From Octopus vulgaris (lineage: Eukaryota): a stretch of 64,000 nucleotides of DNA. The position numbers and the translations under genes are program-made. Shown piece by piece: positions 25,401-41,174 of this stretch (position 1 is the first letter of the stretch; each line of letters starts with the position of its first letter). Below the pieces are notes generated by a model, which saw only the letters and a list, made by a program, of their open reading frames with translations, did no database searches and was not told where the DNA came from. The stretch spans positions 62,682,001 to 62,746,000 of the forward strand of contig OX597822.1 of the NCBI GenBank assembly GCA_951406725.2, in the 5' to 3' direction.

Positions 25401-26003
25401 TCACCTTGTTACAACAATACAAGTTCAACCTTCAATTTTGTGTTTCATTAAAATCATTGAAGAAGAAATTGCGAAAAAAAAAACAAATGTATGCTTTAAA
25501 AAACGTAATTCAAAATATGTTTTGAAAAACCGTTATTCATAAGCGTTGCATCAATGTCTATTTTTTAAAAATTCTTACTTGCACTCCAACCTTTCAATGT
25601 ATCATGTTATGTCGTCTTCTAAGAGAAACTTGAACTATATCCGTGGTGATAGAATTTTTAAAAATTCCTAGTGTTATCGACATGTTCATAAAGAATTCAA
25701 AATATAGTATAAATGTTTCTGGTTTGTGGATTTTTTTAGCAGTTATAAATCGGTTCGTTTACGTTTTGAAAAAATATGTCCTCTGGTGTATTACTATGCC
25801 AATAACGGCAGATAGGGATTGTAAGATAGAGATTGTAAGTTACCGACCTAACCTGCTGAGTATGCTTTGAATTCGTAACTACAGCTTACCACTTCCATGT
25901 CTAACAGAATGATAGAATGTTTTAATCGACAGCTTTAATAGCTGTATTAGCACATTCATATGAATGTTACTTAACACTTGGATGTGTCAATTGCTATCAC
26001 GTT

Positions 26004-26688
26004 TGGATGCCTCGTAATTCAACAGAAAAACTTCAACAGATCGTATTTCCATCTGCGATTCTCTGTTCAAATACAACAAAAACGGGTCATATAGGAAAAG
26101 AATGATCACAGGGGTAAAATGGATTGTTTACAACAATGTGGAGCGGAAATAACTTGGAGGAAACGAAATAAAACACCTTTAATCACTCCAGAAGCCAGTT
26201 TGTATCTGAAGAAGGTAATACTCCGCTTTCTGATGGGATTGGAAAGTCATTGTGTATTACGAGCTCTCCCCGAAAAATTAGACATTGAATTCAGACAGCT
26301 ATTGTTACCAGTTAAACTGATTGACAGGGGCAATCGTTGAAAAACATCCAAAATTGGCCAATCAAAAGGGCCTTGTCTTCCTTCAGGATAACTTTAGACC
26401 TCATGTTTCCTTACAGATCTGGCAGAAGTTTGAAGATCTTAGCTGAGAAGACTTACCGCACCCACCTGACATTTAAATCTTCGGAAAATCATTCATTTTG
26501 GTCTCTACAAAATTCACTCAATGGAAAGAACTTCAAATTTTTGGAAGACTGTGAAAAGTATTTAAAACTAGTTTGTGATCCAGAAAGATGCTAACTTCTG
26601 GGAGGATGGTTCATTAAGCTGTCTCAAAGATGGTAAAAGGTAATGAAACAAAATGGGAAATATGCAATTGAATAAAGATGCATGCAAA
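26004..26688 (+). mobile_element. Decayed mariner transposase
   Basis: RISICDSL...KRMITG.KWIVYNNVERK and later LFWSLQNSLNGK-like motifs, heavily broken. Confidence 0.75.
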
Positions 26689-26690
26689 TA

Positions 26691-26821
26691 CAGTAGAACC
26701 TCGGTTTTCGAACAACTCTGATCACAAATAAATCTTACTTTATCTCCTGTCTTTCTCATATTCGTTTAATACAGTAGTACCTCGGTTTCCGAATGCTTCT
26801 GATCACGAATAAATCACTCTT

Positions 26822-26881
<60 letters not shown>

Positions 26882-26947
26882 GAGGGAATATTACTCCAAA
26901 CTTACAGGGAAAAATTGAATTTAGAAATACTAAATCAAATTTCACAA

Positions 26948-27011
<64 letters not shown>

Positions 27012-27124
27012 ATATAAATTAGAAAAAAACATCTTTTATCAATTCAATAATGAAAAATTTAAATTATTCCATTTAGAAAAAGTATTTATGATTTATTCGC
27101 TATCAGAGTTGTTCGAAAACCGAG
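26691..27124. mobile_element. Tigger/pogo-like MITE with duplicated left TIR and an internal TA array containing PLE-type scraps
   Basis: TA|CAGTAGAACCTCGGTTTTCGAAC at 26691 and a variant at 26772; inverted copy 27090-27124; 26876-26955 resembles 5293-5380 (TTACAGGGAAAAAT). Confidence 0.65.
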
Positions 27125-27584
27125 CTATTAATGTATTTAAATATTATTCTTCAATTTTCCTTAGAAATGGTACGAATGTTTGTTTCAACACAAGTTGAGC
27201 CCATCGAGTAAGAAGCCAAAGCACGTTGGACATTGGTAGGCCTATCAGAAGACTGTAAAATCCTTTATATTTAGGCTGACTTTTTAGCCCACTCCGGGGG
27301 TAAAATTCTATGTCGGAATAAAGTTTATCCAGCGTATCCCTTCTGTAACCTCAACACAAAAGAATATTGCGTTCTACAAAGACTAAGTAATGTCCAGCTT
27401 CCATGAAACTCGTGTTAGTCAAGGAAGTCTGTTGAGACTTCTATTACATAATTTCACGTAAGAGGTATGCTTTGGTTTGCTGTTAATGCCTGGTATCAGC
27501 TCTAGCAAGGAATTGTTTTGCGCGCGCACATATGTATACAGACAGACAAATACACACACACACATCTGTATGTATGCATGCGCA

Positions 27585-28262
27585 TAGCAACCCATGTTGT
27601 GCGTATGGAAGATAATAGAATTCCAAAGCAGCTGCTCTACAGCGAGCTGCGCTCTGGAAAGCTTCTTCAGAACAAGCCACGAAAAAAGGTACAAAGACTG
27701 CATAAAAAGCATCCTGAAGACCCTGCAAATCAGTGTGAAGAGCTAAGATGAACTAGCTTTGGGAAGAGCTGGATGGATAAAGCGTATAAGTAAAGGTTGT
27801 AAAACATTTTAAGAAGGTGACCTTGAGCAGGAAATCCTAAAGCACTGGCTTCGGGGGTGCTTTCATCAGAACCTCAATGGGAACGTCATGTGATGGAGAT
27901 GTGAAATGTGTGGCTGTGTATTTTTTTTTAAGACGAGACATGTCAGCCATCCGAAGTTCTATGAAAGATCAAATGTATGCAACGTTCTTCCTAGAGTCGG
28001 TGATTTAACGTGTGTAGTTTGTGAAAGGTTTGGGAAGTTGAGTTGCGGTCTGAAGAGACATATTGCGGTTCACGGGGATCATATCACTAAGAGCGATTCG
28101 ATCAATCCAGCAGAAGTTACAACATTCGTCTGTCACCTATGCTTCAATACATGAAGACCTGCAGTGTGAATGAATAGTCAATTGAGAGATCGTAGACGGA
28201 AGATCAGAACGAGGAAGCTCTCTGAGATGGCAATCATCTTTGAAGATGGAGCAATCATCATA
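27585..28262 (+). mobile_element. RTE-clade LINE 3' relic with C2H2-like zinc fingers
   Basis: HVVRMEDNRIPKQLLYSELRSGK; downstream CVVCERFGKLSCGLKRHIAVH and CHLC. Confidence 0.75.
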
Positions 28263-29038
28263 TACATACATACATACGCACAGACATATATGTACTTACA
28301 CTAACACACGTGCACATATTACATATATATAATCATACATAATAGTATCAGATTGTTATTTACAACCGGTATTCAAATCTTTTGTTTTCTAATTATCCTA
28401 AACGAATTCACGAAAAGAGAAACATGATATCTTAGATAAGAATATTAAGAAGAATATATATCTGTATCAGAAATCTGTTGTTAAAGGATAACTTGCTTAG
28501 GTGATCTTATATGTTGTATATCTCCCGATATTACTAATTTATTTATCATATCTTGTATTATTATAATCTATCCTTCTAATTAATTTTATCTATTAATTTA
28601 AAGTCTTAATCAGAATATTTAATTTTATGTTCTTAATTTATGTTTTAACATTAATTAATAATTTCATTCAGTGAATATTTATCTATAGTTGAACATCTCT
28701 CTCGCTATGCAGATATGTAAGCGTGACTATACACGTTTGTCTATAGACATGTTTCAATGTAGGCATGTGTATATGTGTGCATGTTCATTGATGGACACGA
28801 ATATATGTGGATATACATGTATATTTTTATCTATATGCGTACATATGCAATATATGTATATATACATGTATACGTGCGTTTATATTTATATATATTTATA
28901 TACTTGTATGTGTGTGTGTGTAGTTGTATATGTGTTCTCAGACGAGTGTATATGTGAATATATGTATATGCGTGACTACATTTATATATTTCTGCTTGAA
29001 TAAATGTGTGTGCATGTATGTGGGTCTGTATGTGCGCG

Positions 29039-29122
<84 letters not shown>

Positions 29123-29919
29123 TTTGTGCATGAATATATGTATATAAGAGGATGTTTGTACGTGTGAATACATGGATAGATAGATAGATCTGTCTGTTAT
29201 CTGTCTGTCTATCTTTCTCGATCAGTGTATACTTTATGTCTGTTATTTTCACCACATATAATCAGAATATGAATGTCCGTGTCGCCTTCTACAACTAATT
29301 ATACGGACATACAAAATATTGCTAAAACTCACCTCCGTCCCCAGCACCTTCACCTTTAGTCATATAAAGTCTGAATACCAAAAAGTGCTGTGTCTGCCTA
29401 CGCTTTAAACCGTTTTCTTCTGCCTCTTCGCTCTACTTATGGAGATACACCAAATAACGTAATCATGTCACTTTTGATATTTGAATTTGAATCTCTCTCT
29501 TTCTCCGTATCTCTCATACACGCTAACACACGCACGCGCCCATTTTCACATCCATGCAACACATATACATATCCACATGCAAACAATTGTACAAACCCAT
29601 ACGCAACACTTTAGCTACATACAAACGACCACGCACATAAACAACCAAATAAACAACTTCTAAAATAAAATACTCTAACACGTTCACAGCAGCAACATGT
29701 ACGCGCAAAGACACACGCGTCACTGTTTTCGTATACATTCGCTTGCTTTCTTCCAAGGAGTCTAATGCTCTTAGATTTTCTTGGAGCCTGCTAAATTGGA
29801 GCAGTCTCGAGTGTAACCGGCCGAAACTACAACGACAATCTGTTACTCGACTGAGGATAGGAAGCTCCGAATGATTCGTCCTTGTTTTTTCCTATCCTTT
29901 TTTGTATCGTCTAAATGTC

Positions 29920-30978
29920 CGGATGTTTTTTTGTCACCTGTTCTGTTGTGGAAACAATGCCTCCCAGAGAACTCGAAACATCAATGGTGAATATCTGGCG
30001 AATGCGGGCACTGTGCGTCGATGGTTTGAGAAGTTTCCGTCTTGTGACTTTACTTTTGAAAATCAATCCGTGGTAGACTTGAAACCAAGGTGGATAATGA
30101 TGAACAAGGAATTGTAGTGGAAGCGGATACATCTTAAACTACGCATGAGTTAGCAGCAAGGTTTGATGTTTCGATTCCAACTGTATTGGAATATCTGAAA
30201 CAAATCGGCAAAGTAAAGAAGCTCGACAAGTGGGTACCGCACGAACTGAAGGAGCATCAAATGACACGTCGTCTTGAAACTTATTCTTTGCTGTCACGTC
30301 ATAAAAGTGAACCATTTTTTGCATCGCATTGTTACGTGTGATGAAAAATAGATTCTTTTTAACAAAATCAAGCGTTCAGCACGATGGTTGGATTGAGATG
30401 AAGTGCCAAAACACAATCGAAAAAGAATATTCACCACAAAATGCTAATGTATGTTTGGTGATCCATCGCTGGTGTCATCCGCTACAACTACATGAGACCT
30501 GATAAATCAATTACACCGGATGTGTACAGCAACCAGTTGGATGAAATGATGAGTGAACTTGCAATTAAACAACCGAGATTGGTCAATAAAGACGGGCCAA
30601 TTTTCTTGCAAGACAATAGTCGACCACATGTTGTACAAAGAATGTTACTCAAGTTACAGGATCTGAACTTTGAAGTGCTCTGTCATCCACCATATTCACC
30701 TGACCTTGCAGTAACTGACTATCATATTTTCCAAGCATTAGGCAACTTTTCGCAAAGTAAAACTTCAAATCTGAAGAAGATGCAAAAAAAACTTTCGTGA
30801 TTGAATCACCGCTTGCTCTTCAGAATTCTTCACTGCCGACATAAATAAGCTACCAATAACATGACAAAATTGTGATGATAATTAGGTCCGTACTTTGATA
30901 AACTGCATTGCTTTTTGCTAAGATTAAGTAAAATAAACTATCAGTTCAAAATCGGACATTCCATTTTTAATGACCTGA
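29920..30978 (+). mobile_element. Near full-length decayed mariner (DD34D)
   Basis: TVRRWFEKF HTH, KWVPHEL, IVTCDEK, QDNSRPH, HPPYSPDLAVTDY; right end ...TTAATGACCTGA|TA. Confidence 0.9.
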
Positions 30979-31189
30979 TATATGCATATATTTTTTATAT
31001 CAATGTAGTATTCGTGTATTTATACACATATAAATATGCATATATTTTTATATGTACGAATGTGTGTATATATTTAATTTTTTTTAAGGTATAAAACCTT
31101 TTATCAGTTTATCAGGATGTTACTAACCATTTTGGAAGAAATTTTTTTCCTAGTGAGTGTGAGTGTTTTCGATTAATCTTGTCAAAGAC

Positions 31190-31292
31190 ACGAAATATTC
31201 ACCTTGCGCCTAGGAAATATACACCTTGCCCAACAATACACCGTTCCCAGCGTTTCTGGCTCCTTTGGAATCCGACCTGGAAGTTGTTTTCC
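31190..31292 (-). mobile_element. Mariner transposase C-terminal scrap
   Basis: FQVGFQRSQKRWERCIVGQGVYF. Confidence 0.6.
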
Positions 31293-31335
31293 ATCATACA
31301 TATATACATATTTGTCTCCATTACATATTTACACA

Positions 31336-31391
<56 letters not shown>

Positions 31392-34137
31392 CAGACGCAC
31401 ACGTGTGTATATATGAATATTCTTATGTATGTACACGTATGTGTATATTAGATATTAGATTAGTAAACACGTTTCGACAGTTTGATTATGACTTAAGTTA
31501 ACGAAGGAATTGAAGCAAATCTTGGATGTAGTGTATGGGAGGGAAAACCGAGAGATAGACACAAGGTGACAGTGAGAGACGCACTGAGAGACAGAAAGAG
31601 CGACAGTGAGGGAAAGAAAGTGAGAAATGATTTTGAAAAATTAGTTGGCGTCGAGTTGGAAATTCTAATTAAAGGGCGCGTGACACAAAGAGGTCGTAAA
31701 ATGCTCGCTATTCTGAGAGGTATAGTCATAACATGACTATACAAACTAATCAAAGACTCACTAAGGATATTTTAACAGCTGGAGTCATAGTTGGTGGTGT
31801 TTCACACTAGCTACAGCAATATTCCTGCCAGTTGACATTCAGTTCATATTACTAATTAAAACAAGAATTAATCTGTGTTTATTAACACCATTTGAATGCA
31901 TCATCTGCCGTTGTCTTTTCCCTTTGTTCTTCTCTCTCCTTTAATTACACTTTACGTACGTCGTTATCAGCGGCTGAAACTATGGCTATTTATATTATCA
32001 TTGACAAAAGCGTAGAGCGGTGCAATGTGGTTCCAGTTATGGGATACGAGATACCCGATGCTTTGTATGATAATGAAACGGTTATGTAGATAAAATCTAA
32101 TTCTATTTTACATTTCTTATTTTTTTCTTGATTTTGTCGCCATCTTTTTTGTTGTGGATTTGGGGTAGATTTTACTGTTGTATTTAACCAAGCGCATAGA
32201 TGCTCCTAATTGGCTTGTTTGCGTTTTAGCAGTTGGTCATAACTATTAAAACCCCTATGAAACCATGAAGGACAATCAGTTGACGTTCAACTAGAATTTC
32301 TGCTGATTATTGCCTCTAGAGCAAAAAATCAAAAAAAAATCACGGTGACCATTTCTTGTGAGTGTAGGTTTTAAAATAAAAAAAGGTTTGGTCTGTATTT
32401 ATTACAAGGTTTGACACAGTAGCGACTTAGATAAATCAGATGGATTTAGTTGTGATGGTATGCATAGTTCCCTAGTTTAGGAATCATTGTAGTGACAGTG
32501 AATGAAAACAAGAAATATATTGTGTGGATTACACTTTGCCTGTGATTATTGAGCATATTAAGAATTAAGTAAACGTTGGGAAATCAGTCAGTTGGCTGTT
32601 TTTAAGCTGATGGTAATAATGTTAATCTAACAGTTCACGCTTTGATTTCAAGCACTATACAGACATTTTGCTGTGTAAATTTGTTATTATACTTAATTCT
32701 AAAAGGCCACTGATTACTTGGTTGTCGGTAATGGCGACCAGAACTTCAGAACAAGAACGTTACCTGTAATCGAATACTTTATTGTCTGAGGGAAAATTCA
32801 TATATCATTTCTTAACATCCTGACATTGGAGCTATGCATCAGTTCTTGGAAGTCCAATCCTTGGGGACTTTTAGGTGTTTTAGGAACATATCATATTTAC
32901 ATTTTTATTATGCATTCGATATTGTCAGTTGTTAATCTGTGTCTTTTCAATTCACCTTTACAAGAATATTCCACGCTGTAATGGGCAAAATGAAAATTAT
33001 AAGCATACACATACAATCGAACACACTCATTTATCAGTATACATATTTGAGTGTGTGTATGTATGCATATATATATATATATATATATATAAAGCCGTGT
33101 CAATGGATGGATATATGATTACTACTTCTATTCTAATTCCAATAGAGTTGGCAGGGTCACAATCAAAATTGCAGTATTCAGTACAGTATTCAGCTAAAAG
33201 GCGCTTCATATGCTATCATAAATATTTATTGACAATTTCAATCAATGTGCATAAAAGAATTATTGGGAAAGAATTATGATATTCTATAATCATTAGCCAT
33301 GCATTCGCTGTACAAATGGCTGAATGGGCATCTTGCTACATAGGAAAGCTAGTATTTTTATGCTCTTCCAGAAATTCCATATAACAGAAGGATGCTATTA
33401 TATGCTGATTGGAAATCCTTTCCTGTCCGTTTGTCAAATTGCAATATATTATAACGCATGTCACTGATGGATGGCTGGTTGGGTAGATGGTCAGGTCATT
33501 TTACAGATTACTTTTTCGGGGTCTTTCACTTTCGAAATATCATCTTCACGATCTTTTGATGTTAACACTCTTTTTCACCCTTAAATACTGATTGCGACAG
33601 CAAATACTGACTACCACCACCACCAGCACCGCCACTGCCACAGCCACGCCGACCATCACGAACACCGCTGCCGCCATCGCAGAAGAGTCGATACATCTTA
33701 TAGTGTCACTTGTTCAGACCTCAGAAATGTACCATACTAATTATATTCTCATCCTCTTAATTAAGGTAATCACTCTGCTTCACCACTCTCCTCGTCACAT
33801 CTCTCTCCATCACTACTCTCTCCTTTTCTTTTATCTCTGTCTATATCGTTCTCACTATATCTACCTCCTTCTCTCTCTCTTTAACTCTATCTCTCTATAT
33901 CTCCTTAAATGGCTAGATGTCTATAAAAAAAGCTAGAGGTAATATCAATTGTATTGTTACAGCAGTAAACAACCGAAGTATGATTGCATATTCTCTACAT
34001 ATGCGGCAACTTTTTACAGAGCGTGGAGTCTCCCGGCGATATTAAGTTTTATATCAATACATGACTGTCAATAAAATGAATGCATGTATGATAACAAGTC
34101 ACACATGCACGCACACACGCACACACCATACACACAC

Positions 34138-34190
<53 letters not shown>

Positions 34191-34542
34191 GAGAAAGAAG
34201 GGAAGGAAGAAAGAAGTTAAACTTGAATCCTTTATTTCATCTCTTTCCGCATTCGGTAACTTAATGTCTCACTTTAGATACAATCCATAGGTGCCCCTCA
34301 TTTGAGAAGCATGCACAAGCAAACATATCTTCAGACAGATAAACGAGAAATACAAGTCACAAGCATGCAATAACTCCCGTGAAAGCCACCGTTCGAACCC
34401 TTATGAGGTACTTCTACGAACTGCTTCTCTAACGTGACATCATGTGTTACTGAATACTGAAACATATGTAACATGAAATAAGGAGTACTAGGTCCAAGCT
34501 TATCTTCCTTTCTCTTATTATTGATGTGCTCCTCGTGTTACG

Positions 34543-34870
34543 GTGAAGGTGCATGGCTCAGTGGTTAGAGCGTCGAGCCTACGATCGTGAGGTTGTGAGT
34601 TGGAATCCCGGAGCGGGCTGCGTGTTGTGTTCTCGAGCAAGACACTTTCTTTCACGTTGTTCCAGGTCACCCAGATGTAGAAATGAGTTGCGACGTCATA
34701 GGTGCCAAGCTGTATCGGCTTTTGCTGATAACACTGGTGGCGTGAAGAGGGGAGGCCGGTATGCATGGGCAACTGCTGGTCTTCCATAAACAACCTTGCC
34801 CGGACTTGTTCCTGGGAGGGTAACTTTCTAGGTGCAGTCCCATGGTCATTCATGACCGAAGGGGGTCTCA
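34543..34870 (+). mobile_element. SINE family C, full length
   Basis: Collinear with 14036-14374. Confidence 0.9.
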
Positions 34871-35038
34871 GCAGCAGCCACATGTTACATTGTAACCCAC
34901 CTGACTGTGCAGGACCCTGAGTGAATACGCAACGGTGGGAGTTGAAAGCGATTAACAATAAGAACTGAAACGTAAATGGAATAAAAGGAATGAGGAAGAA
35001 CAAAAGCAAGGCGAAATGGGTTTACAATAAAGAAAATA

Positions 35039-35555
35039 TTTGGTCATCTCATAAATAATGTGGTTTTTTTTATACGTCTTTTATTTTTCAGTTTTAAGAT
35101 AAAGTTATTTTTTAATCTAAAATAGACTCTCTTACATTTTCTACAATGCTCTTCCATCTATCGGGTAGACTTGCAAGGTCCCTCTTCCAAAATTCACTTG
35201 CGCGTGACGAAAAATACTCCTCCAGTACTGTTCTGACCTCGTCTACAGAATTCATATTTTTTCCGTCCAAATGATTGTGAAGACTGCGGAATAAATGATA
35301 ATCAGATGGGACAGTGTCCGACGAATATTGTGGGCCGGGCATCGTTTCCCATTCAAACTGCTCCAGCCTTTGGAATGTTATCTTCGCTGTATGTGGTCGA
35401 GCATTATCCTGATGGAAGAACATCTTCCGTCTTGAAACCAAGGGTGCTCGTTTTTATTCTAGCGCTGACTTAGACCGCTCAAGCTGTTCGCAGTAGATCT
35501 CCTTTGTTATCGTCTAGTTTTTGTTTAAAAGTTCAAAGAGGACTAAACCTTTTAG
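35039..35555 (-). mobile_element. Mariner relic, 3' half
   Basis: FFHQDNARPH...YSSDTVPSDYHLFRSL...LPDRW. Confidence 0.9.
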
Positions 35556-35564
35556 TGCCAAAAT

Positions 35565-36790
35565 GTAAATTACAGAAAGACTATATCCTTGGAATAGTCC
35601 CTTTGTAATGCCTATTCTATTGGAAACAATCATTCTGTTCTCAGTTGTAAGGGTAGAAATAGTTGTCTATGTCTTTGTGAGTTTCTATAGCAGTAATTAA
35701 GGTAGGCACTTCAATAGCCATGATTGAGCGAATGCCCTCTTATAGTCAAGCCATACTGTCACAAGGTTTCTTCGTTGTTTTCTTACATCAGACAGTACAG
35801 TTTTGCTTATTAAAAGTTTTTCAGCACATCTTCACACTCCCTCGACTCACAATGGTCCTGGAGGAATTGGTTGAGGCAACATGTGTACAGTTTGTACATA
35901 ATGTTTAGGCAAGCAATCCTGCCATCTCGGTGATTTTATTTTTGACAACAAGATTTGTCCTTGAAGCAATCCAATTTCGTATATCAGCCTAACCTTCCAT
36001 AGTCCTTTTGAATAGACATATCAACTGGTTTCTATAAAATATCAGCTCGTTATACCAATATCCAACTATTAGGTCCCTTCCAGGTGCCTTCTCATTCTGA
36101 AGTTTGCCTACTGCTATAGCAGTTTCTGCATCAATTTTGTATGTTTTACTGTTAGCATTGGTACACTGTTCTCTCTCAATTGTATTTGACCATGATGCAT
36201 TGAAGCTGAAATCCCTGTTTTCGTTCCAGAATGATTGTAGATCTTCTTTAGAGGGAGCTTTCTTAATGGTAATATTTTCCTTCCTCATATCTCTGTATAA
36301 TGCTTGTAGGTCGGAAGCAAACTTGCGATTGATATTGGCTCGCTCAAAAATACGCATGTGATAGCGAAGTTTCTGAGTTTATGTTTCAAAGTGTTTAGCC
36401 TTATCAGAGCTCTGTGTGGAAATTTCCTCTAAACTTTCATTGATTTTTGGGTAAGGTAGAGTTGGTGAGGTGCAAACTCATTTTGTCCTTACATTTTATT
36501 GTTTTAGTTAACCATCCAATATGGCGGCGTACGTTGTTGATGTTTCAAGTTTTGTTTTCCATCTAGGTTGTTTCCGTTTAACAATTTCGTTAATTTATTC
36601 ACTGTACTATATTTCTCCTAGGTGTTCTTTAAGAGTAATAGCGGCAGTGTATATAAGAGTATTAATATTCCAGTAATTAACTCCATGTGATTCCATGTGC
36701 TCTCCAGCAACATCATTGATAACTTAAAATATTAGATCGGTCGGATTTATTCTCGCTCGTGTTGGGAATACTTTGTTGCTCAACGAAAGC
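35565..36790 (-). mobile_element. R4/Dong-like LINE relic, N-terminal region and RT
   Basis: WNINTLIYTAAITL; KLQNEKAPGRDLIVGYWY; RGLFQGYSLS (cf. GIFQGDSLS). Confidence 0.7.
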
Positions 36791-36851
36791 TTCGAGAAAA
36801 TGTTTTTGAGATGTATATATGTGTATATATGCATCTGTTTATATGTATGTG

Positions 36852-37058
36852 CGGCAATCTGGCAGAATCGTTAGCACGACGGGCAAAATGCTGAGCGGTG
36901 TTTCATCTGTCTTTACGTTCTGAGTTCAAATTCCACCGAGGTTGACTTTGCCTTTCATCCTTTCGGAGTCGATAAATTAAGTACCAGTTGCGTACTGGAG
37001 TTGATCTAATCGACTGGCCCCCGCCCCAAAAATTTCAGACCTTGTGCCTAGAGCATAA
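36852..37058 (+). mobile_element. SINE family D monomer
   Basis: Head, Meta-like block and tail 2. Confidence 0.9.
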
Positions 37059-38403
37059 AAGGGTATGCATGCATGCCTTGTATGTACGTACGTAATTTCG
37101 TATGTATGTACGTGTATATCTCTGTGCGTAGTCGTAAGAAATAAACACATACACACACGTATGTATATATACATATATATAGATATATATTTACATGCGG
37201 AAACTGGGAACACACACATACTCTTACATACACACACATGCATACATACAAGCACACATGCATACATACACAACTAATGAAATTATGCTTCTTAATAAAT
37301 GAATATGTTCCCGTTTTGATTTTCGACCCACATATTTGCTTATATAAATATTTACTAATGATAGACAGAATTAGAGGAGCTTCACTATATTTACCATAAA
37401 TACAGCGATGTGCTTGTTAAGAGAGCAGAAACAGTATATACATACATACTTTATCAGATCCAAAAGTGAATTGATATAGTTATGTGGTTATAAATATATA
37501 TGTTCCCTTGTATTCGGCCTATATATTTACATACATAAATATTTATAAAAGATGAACTGACCTAGATAGAGGCTTATGTATTTTCCATACATAATGCCTG
37601 CTAACAAAACTCTAGTTGTTGTTGTTCACACCTATGTGAACTGGGATGAGACACCACAATAATCAACTGCTTTTTTCCACGTTATAATGATACCAGTACC
37701 ACGTTAAGCAGCCTGCTCCCTGCTCCTCTTCAAACTAGCAATAGTCGTTGATAGCAAGACTTGACTATATAACCCTATTGTAAGGCTTGATAACATTTCA
37801 CCAACCAGTTCGTCTTTCTCTCACATAATATAGGTAGGTTTGCTTTTGGAAACAAAAGATTGAAAAAGAACCGTTAAACAGCAATATCGAACCTTGAACA
37901 GAATTCCCCTAGCTTCCTTGCAGCATAGTCTACCTATCCAGCGTTGGTCTTGTTAGCCTCCAGCTTGTCGGTATGGACAGACCCCCTACTCGAATATTTC
38001 TTTAGAAAGCCAAAGCATGATAATGATTAGTCCCATGTTTATCCCTAGTATAGCATAACTATAACCGCAGACTCATGCTATGACAATTCCGTTTATTATA
38101 TAGGCTTAGTCTTTCTAGGACTAAATCAAACAACGTGCCTCATTGTTACTGATATTTTTGCATTGTTCAATGTGTCCATCCATTTCTAAAGAAGTGAAGG
38201 TGTAGATTAAGGTAGACTTGACTGTTATTTCTAGCAGCTTGAGCTATATCGTTGAGGAATTAAGATCATAAAAAGAAGTGATACTCTGCCGTTTACTTCA
38301 GGAAAATAAAGTAGATTAAAATCATATAAAATGGTATTAAAGCATTTATGCATTTAAATGGCAATAAAATTGCCAAAATATAGAATAAAAGTACATAAAG
38401 AAC

Positions 38404-39871
<1,468 letters not shown>

Positions 39872-39984
39872 ACAAATGAAAGTGACAGAAAATGGAATAT
39901 ACGGGAATCTTTATTGCTTACAACGATCGTTGCGACCCATCTTGCATCGATCCGTCGCGGGTGGGATACTCGACTAAACTAATG

Positions 39985-40025
<41 letters not shown>

Positions 40026-40311
40026 ACACACACACTTCATGTATGCAACCATGTATGCAACCAGGCATGATTGAATGGTTAAGAAAGTTGCTTAATAACA
40101 GAAGTGCACTACGTTCGTTTTCTTCGTGTGATATTATTGGCAACAGTCTATACCATAGCCAAGCCTCGTAAGTGAAATACAGTAGAAGAAGGTAACTGTT
40201 TAAGAGTCGATCGAATGCACTGTGCTTGTGCATCTATGCGTTACCATACCATGAGAATTAAGTTGTTTACACATGTCTGTGTAATAATCAGGCAGTTTGG
40301 ACACAAATACC

Positions 40312-40542
40312 TATTCCTTTACTACCCACAAGGGGCTAAACACAGAGGGGACAAACAAAGACAGACAAACGGATTAAGTCGATTATATCAACCCCAGTGC
40401 GTAACTGGTATTTATTTAATCGACCCCGAAAGGATGAAAGGCAAAGTCGACCTCGGCGGAATTTGAACTCAGAACGTAACGGCAGACGAAATACGGCTCC
40501 GCATTTCGCCCGGCATGCTAACGTTTCTGCCAGCTCGCCGCC
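40312..40542 (-). mobile_element. SINE family D full monomer with 14-bp TSD
   Basis: TSD TGGACACAAATACC at 40298-40311 and 40546-40559. Confidence 0.92.
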
Positions 40543-40859
40543 ATGTGGACACAAATACCAGAAGCAGTTCTGTCATTTGATCTAACAACTGGACACTTAC
40601 ACGTCGAAATCGAAAAGTGAGTTCATCATATACAAACACACAGAAACATGCGCGCGCGAGTGCATATGAGAGAGCATGTGCTTTGTTAGTGTCGGTGTAC
40701 GTATGAGGGTAGAATGCTTTGCCGTGTTTGTTCTGGTTCTCTGTACTTTGATTTCCAATCCTGTTGAAGTCAACCTTGCCAGGCAAGTCAGGAAATACGT
40801 TCGATGTATCACTATTATTATTGTTGTTATTGTCATCAACCTTTCCTTTCCTTCTCCCT

Positions 40860-41100
40860 GACCTAGGCACGCCGTTCCTATAACCTCTAATTTCTATTTT
40901 ATTCCTAGTAAACTATGAATTTTCCCTCTCTAAAATATTCATACCTTGTCTCTGATGACGGAGTACCCAGTGCACGGGCATGCTAACCAGTCACTTAGAA
41001 ACAGCTCTAAGCCTTCAAATTCACCTTACCTTAATCAAATTATTATAAATGACTTCAGATACTCATTCTGCCTTCGTATTGATTTTTCCTCTAATATACA
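40860..41100 (+). mobile_element. PLE-type fragment with degenerate long-stem-II hammerhead (40948-41013)
   Basis: GUCU-CUGAUGA-39 nt-GAAA-CAGCUC-UA-AGCC; ends in (TA)n. Confidence 0.5.

Positions 41101-41170
<70 letters not shown>

Positions 41171-41174
<4 letters not shown>

Noticed and set aside
29800-29885. CTGAGGA...GAAT and GAAAC motifs as a hammerhead
   Set aside because: Stems I and III cannot be formed in the required order; only a simple hairpin is evident
39919-39965. Minus-strand GGGTC-GCAA-CGATCG-TT, a possible hammerhead 3' half
   Set aside because: No CUGANGA-like core upstream
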